Source: an uncultured cyanobacterium (GTDB lineage: Bacteria; Cyanobacteriota; Cyanobacteriia; Cyanobacteriales; Cyanobacteriaceae). From it: 64,000 bases of DNA. Both the position numbers and the translations under genes were made by a program. Positions 1 through 10,361 of this stretch are shown one piece after another; within the stretch, counting starts at the first letter, position 1; each line of letters starts with the position of its first letter. The DNA is taken from positions 32,001 through 96,000 of the forward strand of contig CAVQBA010000007.1 in NCBI GenBank assembly GCA_963710605.1. The letters are read 5' to 3'. Below the pieces are notes generated by a model. The model ran no database searches, was not told the DNA's origin, and saw only the letters and a program-made list of their open reading frames with translations.

Positions 1-562
1 GTTGAATTAAACCACAACCACCATGGTTACGTTGATAGATGACATTAATTTCTCCTGTTTCTTCATTAGAAAACATATAAAAATCATGATCTACTAATTC
101 TAATTGCTCTAATGCTTTTTTTACACTCATCGCTGGCATGGCAAAGTACTTCGTTCTTACTACTTCTGTAGGTAATTCTGGCTCACGCTCAGCAATCAAG
201 TTATCTTCGACTGGTTTTGCTTCGACAACATCAGTTGTTTTAACTGCTGAATGAGTTTTTTTCGCTAAATTTTTTTCTTTATATTTACGTAACTGACGAG
301 TAATTTTATCGGAAACTAAATCGATACTAGCATACAAACTTTCGCTATGTTCTTGGGCTCGAATAACTGTACCATTCGCATATACTGTTACTTCTGCTTT
401 ATGTTTGTCACTAATACGTGAGTTACGCGCAACAGATAAATGGACATCAATAGTAGTTGCCAAATTTTGAAAATGTTTAACTGCTTTTTCTAATTTTTCT
501 TCTACATAGTCATGGATAGATTCGGTAACGTCGATGTTGTTTCCTTGAATCAATAGTTTCAT
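1..562 (-). CDS. hpf: Ribosome hibernation promoting factor, long HPF/LrtA family (3' end runs off the window)
   Basis: Not in the ORF track. Minus-strand ATG at 562 reads [32 protein letters not shown]...[32 protein letters not shown]...[10 protein letters not shown], the typical cyanobacterial LrtA/HPF sequence. Confidence 0.95.
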   Translation of the reverse strand, partial: MKLLIQGNNIDVTESIHDYVEEKLEKAVKHFQNLATTIDVHLSVARNSRISDKHKAEVTVYANGTVIRAQEHSESLYASIDLVSDKITRQLRKYKEKNLAKKTHSAVKTTDVVEAKPVEDNLIAEREPELPTEVVRTKYFAMPAMSVKKALEQLELVDHDFYMFSNEETGEINVIYQRNHGGCGLIQ

Positions 563-930
563 ATGTTAATACTCCGTTTCTTGCGTGTAAATAGTAATCT
601 TTTTTTTGATTTAAAATACGATCGTGTGATTAAACCAAATAATTTTTTAGAGAATATTTTTTAAGCATTTTTTTTCGTTAATAACTAAGAATAGATAGTT
701 AAAAATAATCTTAAGTATATCGATAGATTAAAATCTATTTATCATATTTTAGTTATTGCTTAATTTTAGTTATTTTCTCTTTTTTAATTACTTCCAATAT
801 CTTCACAATAGCACCTTATTATCTTAAAAATACTAGTTGTTAATTTATTTTCATATTTTTAAGCCTAAAGTTAACTTTTTGTTAAGAAACATTGCAATTC
901 TCACCGAAGACGTGCGAAGCAGGGATTCAT

Positions 931-979
931 CTCAATTCTCAATTCTCAATTCTCAATTCTCAATTCTCAATTCTCAATT
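931..979. repeat. STRR heptamer tandem array (AATTCTC)n
   Basis: About 7 tandem copies of CTCAATT/AATTCTC immediately downstream of rnpB. Confidence 0.9.
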
Positions 980-985
980 ATTATA

Positions 986-1370
986 AAGAGCCAGACATAA
1001 GCCGGATTCTGTTCTTTTAAATAAATTAAAAGGGTAGTTATCTATCTGGGATAATTGTTACCAATAACCTCAAGCGGTACACCTAAAACGGAATCGGGAA
1101 AAGATCAACCGTAATTCCTCCGACCTTGCTCCCCACCGGGGTTTACCGAGCTAGTACCTCTCGATACTACTGGTGAGCTTTTACCATCACCTTTGCACCC
1201 TTACCTCAAAAAATGATTTATTTTCTTCAAGGCGGTATTTTTCTGTGGCACTATCCTCACGCTCACACGCACTGGGAGTTATCCAGCAAGTTTGATCTTT
1301 CGGGAGTCCGGACTTTCCTCAAACTAAATTTTTGCTAAAATAATAGTTCGCAACTACCTCGCTGACTCTT
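986..1370 (-). ncRNA. rnpB: RNase P RNA (bacterial type A)
   Basis: Minus strand contains GAGGAAAGTCCGGACT, AGTGCCACAGAAAAATACCGCC, GGGTGCAAAGGTG and GAACAGAATCCGGCTTA. The termini AAGAGTCAG and CTGGCTCTT pair as P1. Confidence 0.97.
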
Positions 1371-1544
1371 ATAGTGATTATGATAACAAATAGGCGATCG
1401 AAATTCATAATTCATAATTAATAATTTAAACGTAGTTATAAATTTAAAAATAAAATCACGATCGATTCCTTAAACTAGATAAATACACTTAGCTTAATAA
1501 TTTATAAATTACTAATATCTCCAGTAATATTATTGATTTGTTTT

Positions 1545-1558
1545 GTATTGAATAATAC
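1545..1558. promoter_or_regulatory. Possible NtcA box (GTA-N8-TAC) between rnpB and sigC
   Basis: GTATTGAATAATAC matches the consensus, but there is no correctly spaced -10 and the motif is common by chance in AT-rich DNA. Confidence 0.25.
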
Positions 1559-1831
1559 GATAAAGCATATATTTAGGGAAATAAAAAAGTAAGATTATCA
1601 ATTGAACCTTCTATTTTACTTGGTTTTTAGCTAATTATGCTAATAAATTATAAAATGTAAAAATGAATACTTTTCAGCTTAAATAATAGTCAAAAAGCTG
1701 TTAAAAATATTCTCAATAAAATGTTGCAAAAGGCTTTTTTTGTTGTATATTAATGGCAGGGTTACAAATTATCAAGCAAGTCTTGTTGTAATTCAATTTA
1801 TGTTTACTAAATTAGGAAAAGAATAGAGATT

Positions 1832-3043
1832 ATGTCAAAATTCTATGTCGAACCTCGCAAACATCGTCTTCCCACCTCACAAAAATCTGATCCTGTTTCC
1901 TCTAGCCATAATTGGGTTACTATCAATTCCGCTTCACCGCCATCGACTAAGCAACATTCACAAATTAATTCTCGTGACTTAATGCGCCTGTATCTTCGTG
2001 ATATCGGGCGCATTCCTTTATTGAGTAAAGAAGAAGAAATTACTCTTGCTAAACAAATTGAAAAAGGAAAAAATTTAGAACAAATAAAATTAGAGAATCA
2101 ATCTTTACCTGAAATTGAAGAATACATTAAAGTAATGAATGCTTATGATGTTTTAGCCAGACATAGTACATCAGCAACTGTAATAGATAAATTAGCAGTA
2201 GAGTTGAATATTACTCCGGAAAATTTACAACAAAAAATTGCTCAAGGTAAAAGCAAGTGGGCAAGTTTAGCTAATCTAAAAGTAAAACAATTAGAGCGTT
2301 TATTGGCTTTGAGTTTTCGTGCTAAACAAAAAATGATTAATGCTAATTTACGTTTGGTGGTTTCAATCGCTAAAAAGTATCAAAATAGAGGATTAGATTT
2401 ATTAGATATAATTCAAGAAGGTACATTAGGTTTAGAAAAAGCAGTCGATCGATTTGATTATAGTAAAGGTTATCATTTCAGTACCTATGCTTATTGGTGG
2501 ATTCGTCAGGGAATGACACGAGCAATCGCCACTCAATCTCGAACTATTCGCTTACCTATTCATATAACAGAAAAACTAAATCAACTTAAAAAAGTACAAA
2601 GACAGTTATCTCAAAGCTTAGGTAGAACGGCTAAAGTAGAAGAAATAGCTGTTGGGATGAAGATGCAACCCCACGATTTAAGACTGTTTTTGAATCAAAT
2701 TCCACGCTCTATTTCCTTAGAAATGAAAGTAGGAGAAGATTATAATACTGAATTAGTAGAATTGATTCAAGCTGAGGGGGCAACACCTGAGGAAAATTTG
2801 ATGCGTACTTCGATGCAAAAAGATTTACGATCGATTTTATCAATTCTTAATGAAAGAGAACAAAAAATTCTCCGTTTACGCTATGGTTTTGAAGATGGGA
2901 AAATATATTCTCTGAGTGATACAGCTAAAATGATGGATTTATCCAGAGAGAGAGTTAGACAAATTCAAGCAAGAGCAATCCAGAAACTACGTCAACCTCA
3001 TCAAAAGGATAGTTTACAAGATTATTTAGAAGTAATTGATTAA
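1832..3043 (+). CDS. sigC: Group 2 RNA polymerase sigma factor, SigC type
   Basis: Region 1.2 (DLMRLYLRDIGRIPLL), long non-conserved region, ANLRLVVSIAKKYQNRGL, FSTYAYWWIRQ, SRERVRQI. Length and PRSISLEMKVG match the SigC clade. Confidence 0.8.
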   Translation: MSKFYVEPRKHRLPTSQKSDPVSSSHNWVTINSASPPSTKQHSQINSRDLMRLYLRDIGRIPLLSKEEEITLAKQIEKGKNLEQIKLENQSLPEIEEYIKVMNAYDVLARHSTSATVIDKLAVELNITPENLQQKIAQGKSKWASLANLKVKQLERLLALSFRAKQKMINANLRLVVSIAKKYQNRGLDLLDIIQEGTLGLEKAVDRFDYSKGYHFSTYAYWWIRQGMTRAIATQSRTIRLPIHITEKLNQLKKVQRQLSQSLGRTAKVEEIAVGMKMQPHDLRLFLNQIPRSISLEMKVGEDYNTELVELIQAEGATPEENLMRTSMQKDLRSILSILNEREQKILRLRYGFEDGKIYSLSDTAKMMDLSRERVRQIQARAIQKLRQPHQKDSLQDYLEVID

Positions 3044-3103
3044 TGAGTTATTTTCAGCTAAGTTTAATTAGACAAAATTGATTGCGTAATAATTAATACC
3101 CCC

Positions 3104-3130
3104 GAAAAAAAGCAGGCAATCGTGCCTGCT
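3104..3130 (-). terminator. Intrinsic terminator between convergent sigC and infC
   Basis: AGCAGGCA-ATCG-TGCCTGCT hairpin preceded by an A-run (U-tract on the minus strand). Confidence 0.7.
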
Positions 3131-3174
3131 CATTAAATGAAGATGAATTAATTTAATAATTCAGAGTTTAAAAT

Positions 3175-3717
3175 TTAGGGAGTTTTCTTAGGAGAAAGAA
3201 GCATAATCATATTACGCCCTTCTTTTTTGGGTTTTTGTTGAATTTCTGCCATCTCAACTAAATCAGCAGATAGACGATTTAATAATTCGTAGCCTAAATG
3301 AACGTGTTGGGCTTCTCTACCACGAAAATTAATTGTCGCTTTGACTTTATCTCCAGCTTTGAGAAAACGTTTAGCTTGACTGACTCGCACTTGGTAATCA
3401 TGCTCATCAATTTTGTAACGCATTTTTACTTCTTTTAAATCAGCATTATGCTGTTTTTTCTTGATGGCACGGGCTTTTTTCTCCTGTTCAAATTTGAACT
3501 TGCCGTAGTCCATGATGCGACAAACAGGAGGACTGGCGGTTTCACTAACTAAAACAAGATCTAATTCTCTTTCGTCAGCGATGCGATTAGCTTCTTTAGT
3601 TTCTAAAACGCCTAATTGCCCCCCATCAGAATCAATGACTCTGACTTCAGGAAAACGAATATTATCGTTGATTTTGGGTAAGTCTCTTTGAAATTTTTTT
3701 CTATTGCTATAGGTCAC
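3175..3717 (-). CDS. infC: Translation initiation factor IF-3 (GTG start)
   Basis: [49 protein letters not shown]. Confidence 0.97.
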   Translation of the reverse strand: MTYSNRKKFQRDLPKINDNIRFPEVRVIDSDGGQLGVLETKEANRIADERELDLVLVSETASPPVCRIMDYGKFKFEQEKKARAIKKKQHNADLKEVKMRYKIDEHDYQVRVSQAKRFLKAGDKVKATINFRGREAQHVHLGYELLNRLSADLVEMAEIQQKPKKEGRNMIMLLSPKKTP

Positions 3718-4176
3718 AGGTTTTGAGTAATTTTATCTACTTTAGGATTAAACGGTTAATTGACATTCACACAATTAATAAATTTTAAACCATATTTTTG
3801 GGTTAGGATTATCATTGGTGATTCTTGCTTCTTCCAGATTGCCTTACAACGCTAGATAAAGAATTTAATCCCTATCTAGATTATATATTAAGACTCCACA
3901 AGCATCTATTACATGGTTGCTTATCCATGCTACGGAAGTGTCAATCCCGCTTTTTTGTTTACTAATACGTTTGTTTCAATCTTTTACAGTAAGTAAAACA
4001 TTTAGGTTATTAACCCCATATATATGGGCTATTTAATTATCTAAAAAATAGGTTTTTTTCCTTGTCAATATTATAATTGGTGATTGCTAATGATGAATAA
4101 CTTTTTCTGATTTAGATACACTTAGATTCTTTTACTGTTAGTTACTTAAGCAAAATATTACAAAAAATTAACTATT

Positions 4177-5052
4177 GTGAATTTTATGGATACAACGACA
4201 ATAATTCAAGCACTTTTTAATGGCGTAGCAGTAGGGAGCATTATTGCCTTGGCTGCGGTAGGTTTAACTCTTACTCTCGATATTTTACGTCTTTCTAATT
4301 TTGCTCATGGTGATTTTTTAACAGTTGGGGCTTATCTAACTTGGTGGATAAATCAGGCGGGGGTTAATATTTGGTTGTCAATGATCATAGCTGGGGCTGG
4401 TACAGTTATTTTAATGCTCATTTGTGAACAACTATTGTGGAAACAAATGCGTAAAAAACGATCGAGTAGTACAAGTTTAATTATTGTTTCGATCGGTTTA
4501 GCTTTATTTTTACGTAACGGAATTTTATTTATTTGGGGTGGTAGTAATCAAAATTATGATTTACCTTTAATTGAAGCTATTGATATCGGTGGTGTCAAAG
4601 TCGCTTATTACCGTTTAATTGTTATTGCTGTGACAACTTTGGCGATTGTTACCCTACATTTAATTTTACAAAAAACCAAAATAGGTAAAGCGATGCGAGC
4701 GGTAGCAGACAATATCGATTTAGCTAGAGTCTCTGGTATTGATGTGGAACAAGTAGTTTTGTTTACATGGATAATTACGGCGGTTTTAACCGCAATGGGG
4801 GGCGGTTTTTATGGACTGATTACCGCTGTTCGTCCGAATATGGGTTGGTTTTTGATTTTACCTATTTTTGCTTCAGTTAGTTTAGGAGGAATTGGTAATC
4901 CTTATGGTGCGATCGCAGGAGGAATTATTATTGGTGTAGCACAGGAATTGAGTGTGCCGTTTTTTGGCTCAGAATATAAGTTAGCTGTTGCTTTAGTGAT
5001 TATGATTGCTATTTTATTAATTCGCCCTCAAGGAATTTTCTCTAAAAATTGA
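4177..5052 (+). CDS. natD: Neutral/branched-chain amino acid ABC transporter permease (LivH/NatD)
   Basis: NFAHGDF, GKAMRAVADN, LGGIGNPYGAIAGG, RPQG motifs; multiple TM segments. Confidence 0.85.
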   Translation: MNFMDTTTIIQALFNGVAVGSIIALAAVGLTLTLDILRLSNFAHGDFLTVGAYLTWWINQAGVNIWLSMIIAGAGTVILMLICEQLLWKQMRKKRSSSTSLIIVSIGLALFLRNGILFIWGGSNQNYDLPLIEAIDIGGVKVAYYRLIVIAVTTLAIVTLHLILQKTKIGKAMRAVADNIDLARVSGIDVEQVVLFTWIITAVLTAMGGGFYGLITAVRPNMGWFLILPIFASVSLGGIGNPYGAIAGGIIIGVAQELSVPFFGSEYKLAVALVIMIAILLIRPQGIFSKN

Positions 5053-5089
5053 TTGTTTTAAGTTCGTAATTGGCAAAAATCACCTTATC

Positions 5090-5482
5090 GTAGGATGGGT
5101 TAGGTAATTATTCATTATAAACTTGCTACAGATTGATTAATAACGAGTGCCGTAACCCATCATTAACAATGTTTGATTCCAAAGAATGAAATTATATCTT
5201 TAGTTTTGGCTGTTGGGTTTCATATTATATTATTCGATCGTTAGGACAGTAATATTTTTGGTGCTTCAACCCAACCTACTTCATGGCGATCGCACTTTTG
5301 GAAGATTAACCGTTGTTTACCATCCATCTTCTGGTGGGTTAAGTCGTGAGAGAGCAAACTTTAAATACTAATGTTTGATTCAAATGAATAAGATTATATC
5401 TTTAGCTTTAGGTGTTGGGTTTCATATTATATTATTCGATCGTTAGGACAGTAATATTTTTGGTGCTTCAACCCAACCTACT
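5090..5482. repeat. REP/REPIN-like cluster containing a ~113 bp direct duplication
   Basis: GTAGGATGGGTT...AACCCATC (5090-5161) faces TGTTGGGTT...AACCCAACCTAC (5211-5279). The 70 nt at 5211-5280 recur exactly at 5413-5482, with similarity extending back to about 5168 and 5370. Confidence 0.85.
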
Positions 5483-5483
5483 A

Positions 5484-6278
5484 TCATTCTGCTTTTGACT
5501 TTTTACTTTGTTTTTCAGGGCGAAATAAATGATTGTGTTGAGGATGGTATAGCTGAGAGCGAAAATTAAAATCGCTTAATTCTTTCAAAGCTGGACTAAT
5601 TATATAAAGTACAGTACGAATAAATTGATAATCCTCCGTGGTTTGTGCGACTTTTTCTAAAGGTACGATCGTAATTTGTTCATCTTCCCAACCTACTCGG
5701 TAACAAATGGCTACAGGAGTATCGCCTGGATAATGTTCTAACAATTCTATCTGTGACTTGCGTATATGACGAGCGGCTAAATACAAACACAAACTAGCTC
5801 GATGAGAAGCCAAACTGGCTAATTCCTCCTTTTCGGGCATCTGCGAAGCCTCACCACTAACACGAGTAAGAATAATGGTTTGTACTAAATTAGGGATTGT
5901 TAATTCAGTACTAATTTTAGCGGCGGCGGCTTGATAAGCACTTATTCCGGGTATTAATTCAAAAGGGATATCAGCTTCACCTAATAATTGCATTTGTTCT
6001 TGTATCGCACTATACAGACATAAATCTCCAGACTGTAAACGAACGACTATTTTTCCTGCTTTTACCTGTTCTATCATGATGGGTAAAATAGTTTCAAGAG
6101 TTTTATTTCCCGTCACAATCAATTTAGCAGTAGATTTAGTATCTCGTAAAATTTGCTTTGGTACTAAAGAATCAGCATACAAAATGACATCGGCATTCTT
6201 AAGAATATTATAAGCCTTGATTGTTAACAAATCTGGATCGCCAGGTCCTGCACCAATAAAATAAACCGCTGGTTTCAT
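5484..6278 (-). CDS. cobM: Precorrin-4 C11-methyltransferase
   Basis: VYFIGAGPGDPDLLT, ILYADSLV, RLQSGD, QTIILTR, LASHRASLCLYL. Confidence 0.93.
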   Translation of the reverse strand: MKPAVYFIGAGPGDPDLLTIKAYNILKNADVILYADSLVPKQILRDTKSTAKLIVTGNKTLETILPIMIEQVKAGKIVVRLQSGDLCLYSAIQEQMQLLGEADIPFELIPGISAYQAAAAKISTELTIPNLVQTIILTRVSGEASQMPEKEELASLASHRASLCLYLAARHIRKSQIELLEHYPGDTPVAICYRVGWEDEQITIVPLEKVAQTTEDYQFIRTVLYIISPALKELSDFNFRSQLYHPQHNHLFRPEKQSKKSKAE

Positions 6279-6427
6279 AAAAAACTAACCATAAATAACC
6301 AAATAACGATTATATCTAGTTTCTTCACTTGTGAGGAGAAAAAAGTTATTTTTATCATGAAGACGATCGTTTCAATTAGGGTACTGTTTTAGTTACAATG
6401 ATTGCCAAAAAGAATATTAATTGATTA

Positions 6428-6862
6428 ATGAATAAGAAGACAACTACCAATAAAAAGACAACTCCCAAACAAATTTTTAAACAAGTTTTTGTGATTTTAT
6501 CAGGAGGTGCTTTTGTCATATTTTCAGTTGCAGGAATATTAAGAATGGGAACTAGTGAAACACAATCGACAACTCCTGAGCAAGAAGAGTTATCAGCCGC
6601 CCAACAATTACAAGAACAAGCCAAGGGTTATGAGTTAGTCTTAGCTAAAGAGCCTGATAATCCTTTTGCTATTCAAAATTTGTTATCAATTTATCTACAA
6701 TTAGGAGATTTGAATGCTGCATTACCGTTAGCGGAAAAACTAGTAGCTTTACAACCAGAGAATACACGTTATCAAGAAACATTAGCTCTAATTCAAGCAG
6801 GCATTGAAGCTCAAAAAAATCCTACTCCTCCTAACCCTGAGCAACCAACACCACAAGAATAA
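6428..6862 (+). CDS. Membrane-anchored TPR protein
   Basis: N-terminal TM helix, then GYELVLAKEPDN...LAEKLVALQPENTRY TPR pattern. Confidence 0.75.
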   Translation: MNKKTTTNKKTTPKQIFKQVFVILSGGAFVIFSVAGILRMGTSETQSTTPEQEELSAAQQLQEQAKGYELVLAKEPDNPFAIQNLLSIYLQLGDLNAALPLAEKLVALQPENTRYQETLALIQAGIEAQKNPTPPNPEQPTPQE

Positions 6863-6946
6863 TTTATAATTTATAATTATTTCTTCTCACTGATTTCGAT
6901 CTCTGAGTTAATGCTCAGATGAACATATCTACATACAAATGTATTA

Positions 6947-6961
6947 TGACGATCGTTATAA
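6947..6961 (+). promoter_or_regulatory. Putative Zur box overlapping a TATAAT -10 upstream of znuA
   Basis: TGACGATCGTTATAA matches 10/14 positions of the cyanobacterial Zur consensus TGATAATNATTATCA. TATAAT lies at 6957-6962. Confidence 0.45.
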
Positions 6962-6967
6962 TTTAGA

Positions 6968-8023
6968 TTGTACAAAAATAAAGTCAACTCCTGTACGATC
7001 GTGCGTAACTATCTTTTTAATTTATTATTATTACTAGCTATATTTAATTTAGTCGGTTGTAACCAGAAAAATACGGCACAATTTTCAACCGAGACTAATC
7101 AGTCATCACAAATAGAAAGAAATCAAATACCAGCACCAGAGACAAAGCTAAATTTAATGGTAAGTATTTTGCCACAAAAGTATTTTGTCGAAAAAATTGG
7201 GGGAGAATTAGTTAATGTTAACGTGATGGTACAACCCGGTGTTAGCCCAGAAACTTATGAGCCTTTACCACAACAATTAGTTGATGTCAGTGAATCGATG
7301 GCTTACATAACTATAGGTGTACCTTTTGAAGAAATTTGGTTAAATAAAATTCGCTCTGCTAATTCTGATTTAATTTTGATTAATTCAGGTGAGGGAGTAG
7401 AAACAATACCGATGGTAGGAGAGCATCATCATCATCATGAAGAGCATGATCACGACCACGACCACGACCACGATCATGACGATAAAAATGTTAATCAAGA
7501 TAAAGCAGAAACACACGCAGATACAGACACATCCGAAAATATTGATCCACACATTTGGTTATCTCCTAAATTAGCTAAAATTCAAGCTGAAAATATTTAT
7601 CAAGGTTTAGTCAAACTTGATCCTCAAAATCAATCTATTTATCAACAAAATCTCACTACTTTTCTCGCTGAGATTGATGATCTCGATCGACAAATAGAAG
7701 CCAAATTTGCTTCTTTAAACGATCGTAAATTTATGATTTATCATCCTGCTTGGGGTTATTTAGCCTCTGAGTATAATTTAGAACAAATACCATTAGAATT
7801 AGAAGGGCAAGAAGTTACATCAGCTGAATTAGTCGATTTAATTAAAGAAGCTAAATCAGATAATATTGAAGTTGTTTTTGCTCAACCTCAATTTAGTAAT
7901 AAAACAGCAAAAGTTTTTGCCGAGCAAATAGATGCTGAAGTAGTGACGATCGATCCTTTAGCTGAAAATTGGTCACAAAACCTATTAGATACCGTCGATA
8001 AATTAGCTCAGTCAATGTCGTAA
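6968..8023 (+). CDS. znuA: Zinc ABC transporter substrate-binding lipoprotein (true start may be GTG 7001)
   Basis: Lipobox LVGC, SPETYEP, His/Asp-rich loop HHHHHEEHDHDHDHDHDHDD, DPHIWLSP, YHPAWGY. Confidence 0.9.
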   Translation: MYKNKVNSCTIVRNYLFNLLLLLAIFNLVGCNQKNTAQFSTETNQSSQIERNQIPAPETKLNLMVSILPQKYFVEKIGGELVNVNVMVQPGVSPETYEPLPQQLVDVSESMAYITIGVPFEEIWLNKIRSANSDLILINSGEGVETIPMVGEHHHHHEEHDHDHDHDHDHDDKNVNQDKAETHADTDTSENIDPHIWLSPKLAKIQAENIYQGLVKLDPQNQSIYQQNLTTFLAEIDDLDRQIEAKFASLNDRKFMIYHPAWGYLASEYNLEQIPLELEGQEVTSAELVDLIKEAKSDNIEVVFAQPQFSNKTAKVFAEQIDAEVVTIDPLAENWSQNLLDTVDKLAQSMS

Positions 8024-8104
8024 ATAGATATAGAAAAGGATGAAAGATAAAAGATAGAGGATGAAGGATAAATTATTAATTATATTTAGTTAGATTGAAA
8101 AAGA

Positions 8105-8860
8105 ATGAATCAAGTCATAAATTTACAAAATATTTATGTTAGCTATCAAGAAAAATATGCGTTAGAAAATATTAATTTACAAGTAAAAGAATTAGATTTT
8201 ATCGGTATAATTGGTCCAAATGGTGGTGGCAAGACAACTTTATTAAAAACATTATTAGGCTTGATTAAACCACTGTCAGGAGAAGTTTCGATTATGAATC
8301 AGACAGTGAATAAAGGAAGAAAATATATCGGTTATGTGCCTCAAATTTTAGAATACGATCGTCGTTTTCCGATCTTAGTAAAAGATGTGGTAAAAATGGG
8401 CAGATTATCGCAAAAACGTATTTTTCATCGTTACAATCAACAAGATACAGAAATCGTTGAGCGTTGCCTCACACAAGTAGGAATATCTCATCTCAAAAAG
8501 CGTTCAATAGGTGAATTATCAGGAGGAGAAAGACAAAGAGTTTATATTGCTCGTGCTTTAGCCACTCAACCACGTATCTTGCTTTTAGACGAACCTACTG
8601 CTAATGTTGATTATCAAATTCAAAATAATATCTATGAGTTATTAAAACAGCTTAATGAATACATGACTATTTTAATTATTTCTCATGATTTGAGTGCTGT
8701 TTCTCGTTATGTAAAAACGATCGCTTGCTTGAATCGTCAATTACATTATCATCAAAATAAACAAGTTACCCCACAGATGATTGAAGATACTTATAAATGT
8801 CCGATCGATCTGATCGCTCATGGTTTACCTCATCGCATCTTACCAGAACACCATTCTTAA
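8105..8860 (+). CDS. znuC: Zinc ABC transporter ATP-binding protein
   Basis: GPNGGGKT, IGYVPQ, LSGGERQR, LLDEPT, ISHD, C-terminal AHGLPHRILPEH. Confidence 0.9.
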   Translation: MNQVINLQNIYVSYQEKYALENINLQVKELDFIGIIGPNGGGKTTLLKTLLGLIKPLSGEVSIMNQTVNKGRKYIGYVPQILEYDRRFPILVKDVVKMGRLSQKRIFHRYNQQDTEIVERCLTQVGISHLKKRSIGELSGGERQRVYIARALATQPRILLLDEPTANVDYQIQNNIYELLKQLNEYMTILIISHDLSAVSRYVKTIACLNRQLHYHQNKQVTPQMIEDTYKCPIDLIAHGLPHRILPEHHS

Positions 8861-8903
8861 TTGATAATTTGGGACTTTTTACCCTTTACCCAATAGATAA
8901 AAT

Positions 8904-9668
8904 ATGAGAAGAAATTGGACTAGAGATGAATTAATTTTAGCATTTAGCTTATATTGTAAAACGCCATTTGGAAAGTTACATAGTCGTAATCCTGATATTA
9001 TTAAACTATCAATACTCCTCGATAGAACTTCATCTTCTGTTGCTTTAAAACTTGTAAATTTTTCTAGCTTAGATCCTTTATTAGCGAAAAGAGGGATTAA
9101 AGGGATGTCGAATTACTCAAAACTTGATAAGAAAGTATTTGATGAATTTAATGAAAATTGGGAAAAACTTTTGCTCGAAAGTGAACAACTTTATGAGGAT
9201 TATGAAAAACTAAATATTTCCGAAAAAAAAGAAATTAAAACAGACTTCACTAATAAAGTGGGTGAAGACAAAATAGTTAAAACAAAACAGAGGAAAAATC
9301 AAAATATTTTTAGAAAAATAGTTCTTTCAAATTACGATGAAACTTGTGCTATTTGCCATTTAAACTATCCATCGTTACTTATTGCTAGTCACATTATTCC
9401 TTGGAAAACTAATCAAAAAGAAAGACTTAATCCTCGTAATGGTTTGTGCTTATGTTCTATACATGATAAAGCTTTTGATCAAGGCTTGATTTCTTTTGAT
9501 TCTGAATTACGACTTATAGTTTCTAAAAAAATTTTAAATATAAATAAAACTGTATTTGATAAATATTTTGGAGATTTTATTCAGAAAAAAATTAATGACC
9601 CCAAAAAGTTTGTTCCTTCTATTGATTTCATAAAATATCATAGAGATAAAATATTCATAAGTTCTTAA
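8904..9668 (+). CDS. HNH endonuclease, putative restriction endonuclease
   Basis: FRKIVLSNYDETCAIC...IASHIIPW...NGLCLCSIHDKAFDQG (HNH_2-type with Zn ligands); N-terminal WTRDELILAF...RT..SVALKLVNF domain. Confidence 0.85.
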   Translation: MRRNWTRDELILAFSLYCKTPFGKLHSRNPDIIKLSILLDRTSSSVALKLVNFSSLDPLLAKRGIKGMSNYSKLDKKVFDEFNENWEKLLLESEQLYEDYEKLNISEKKEIKTDFTNKVGEDKIVKTKQRKNQNIFRKIVLSNYDETCAICHLNYPSLLIASHIIPWKTNQKERLNPRNGLCLCSIHDKAFDQGLISFDSELRLIVSKKILNINKTVFDKYFGDFIQKKINDPKKFVPSIDFIKYHRDKIFISS

Positions 9669-9801
9669 TTATAATTTGATTAAGTAATAGGTTTTATGCA
9701 CTAACTTTTTCATCAAAGTAAACCAGTTTATGAGCTTTATTTAGTTTAAGCGATCGCACTTTTGGTTATGGCGTATAGTTTGAAATTAAGCATAATAGTA
9801 A

Positions 9802-9960
9802 AATAAATCAAATTCTAAGAAGTACACGATCGTTGTGGAAACTAAAATAGATAAACAGGGAAATGCTGTACCTGTGAGTTTATGGTTAAGAAACCAAAAT
9901 TATAAGTTTTCACAAAAAATCACAACCCCCTCATTATCTAAATTAACGATAAGGTTGTGA
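9802..9960 (+). pseudogene. Possible C-terminal remnant of a GDYXXLXY-domain protein
   Basis: Open frame reads ...TIVVETKIDKQGNAVPVSLWLRNQNYKF, which from memory resembles the C-terminus of cyanobacterial GDYXXLXY proteins. No intact N-terminus. Confidence 0.35.
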
Positions 9961-10019
9961 TTGATATTTCTAATAATTAGTTTTAATGGTACTAATACAC
10001 TAGATAATGTAACGATCGA

Positions 10020-10286
10020 CTAGGCAACCGCATCAGCAGGATAAACGCTAACTTTTTTACGACTAGCAGTTTTATGCTCAAATTTGACAATGCCTTCAAT
10101 TAAAGAAAAAAGAGTATCATCTTTACCAATACCAACATTGTTACCAGGATAAATACTAGTACCACGTTGACGAACTATGATACTACCTGCTTTAACAGCT
10201 TCGCCACCATAACGTTTTACACCCAAACGTTTCGATTGAGAATCTCTTCCGTTTCTAGTACTACCCGTACCTTTCTTATGTGCCAT
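10020..10286 (-). CDS. rpmA: 50S ribosomal protein L27
   Basis: [16 protein letters not shown]...RQRGT. Confidence 0.99.
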   Translation of the reverse strand: MAHKKGTGSTRNGRDSQSKRLGVKRYGGEAVKAGSIIVRQRGTSIYPGNNVGIGKDDTLFSLIEGIVKFEHKTASRKKVSVYPADAVA

Positions 10287-10361
10287 GAAATAATACTCCT
10301 TTTAATTAAAAACTATTCTACTAAATTTATTTTATCAGCTAAAAATGATTAATATTGATAA

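Noticed and set aside
3715..3740. AUU start codon for infC
   Set aside because: The nearby ATT is out of frame, and an in-frame TAA lies just upstream of the GTG.
5168..5482. Possible CRISPR array from the direct repeats after natD
   Set aside because: Only two copies, 70-113 nt long, with REP-type GTAG ends; no repeat-spacer periodicity and no cas genes.
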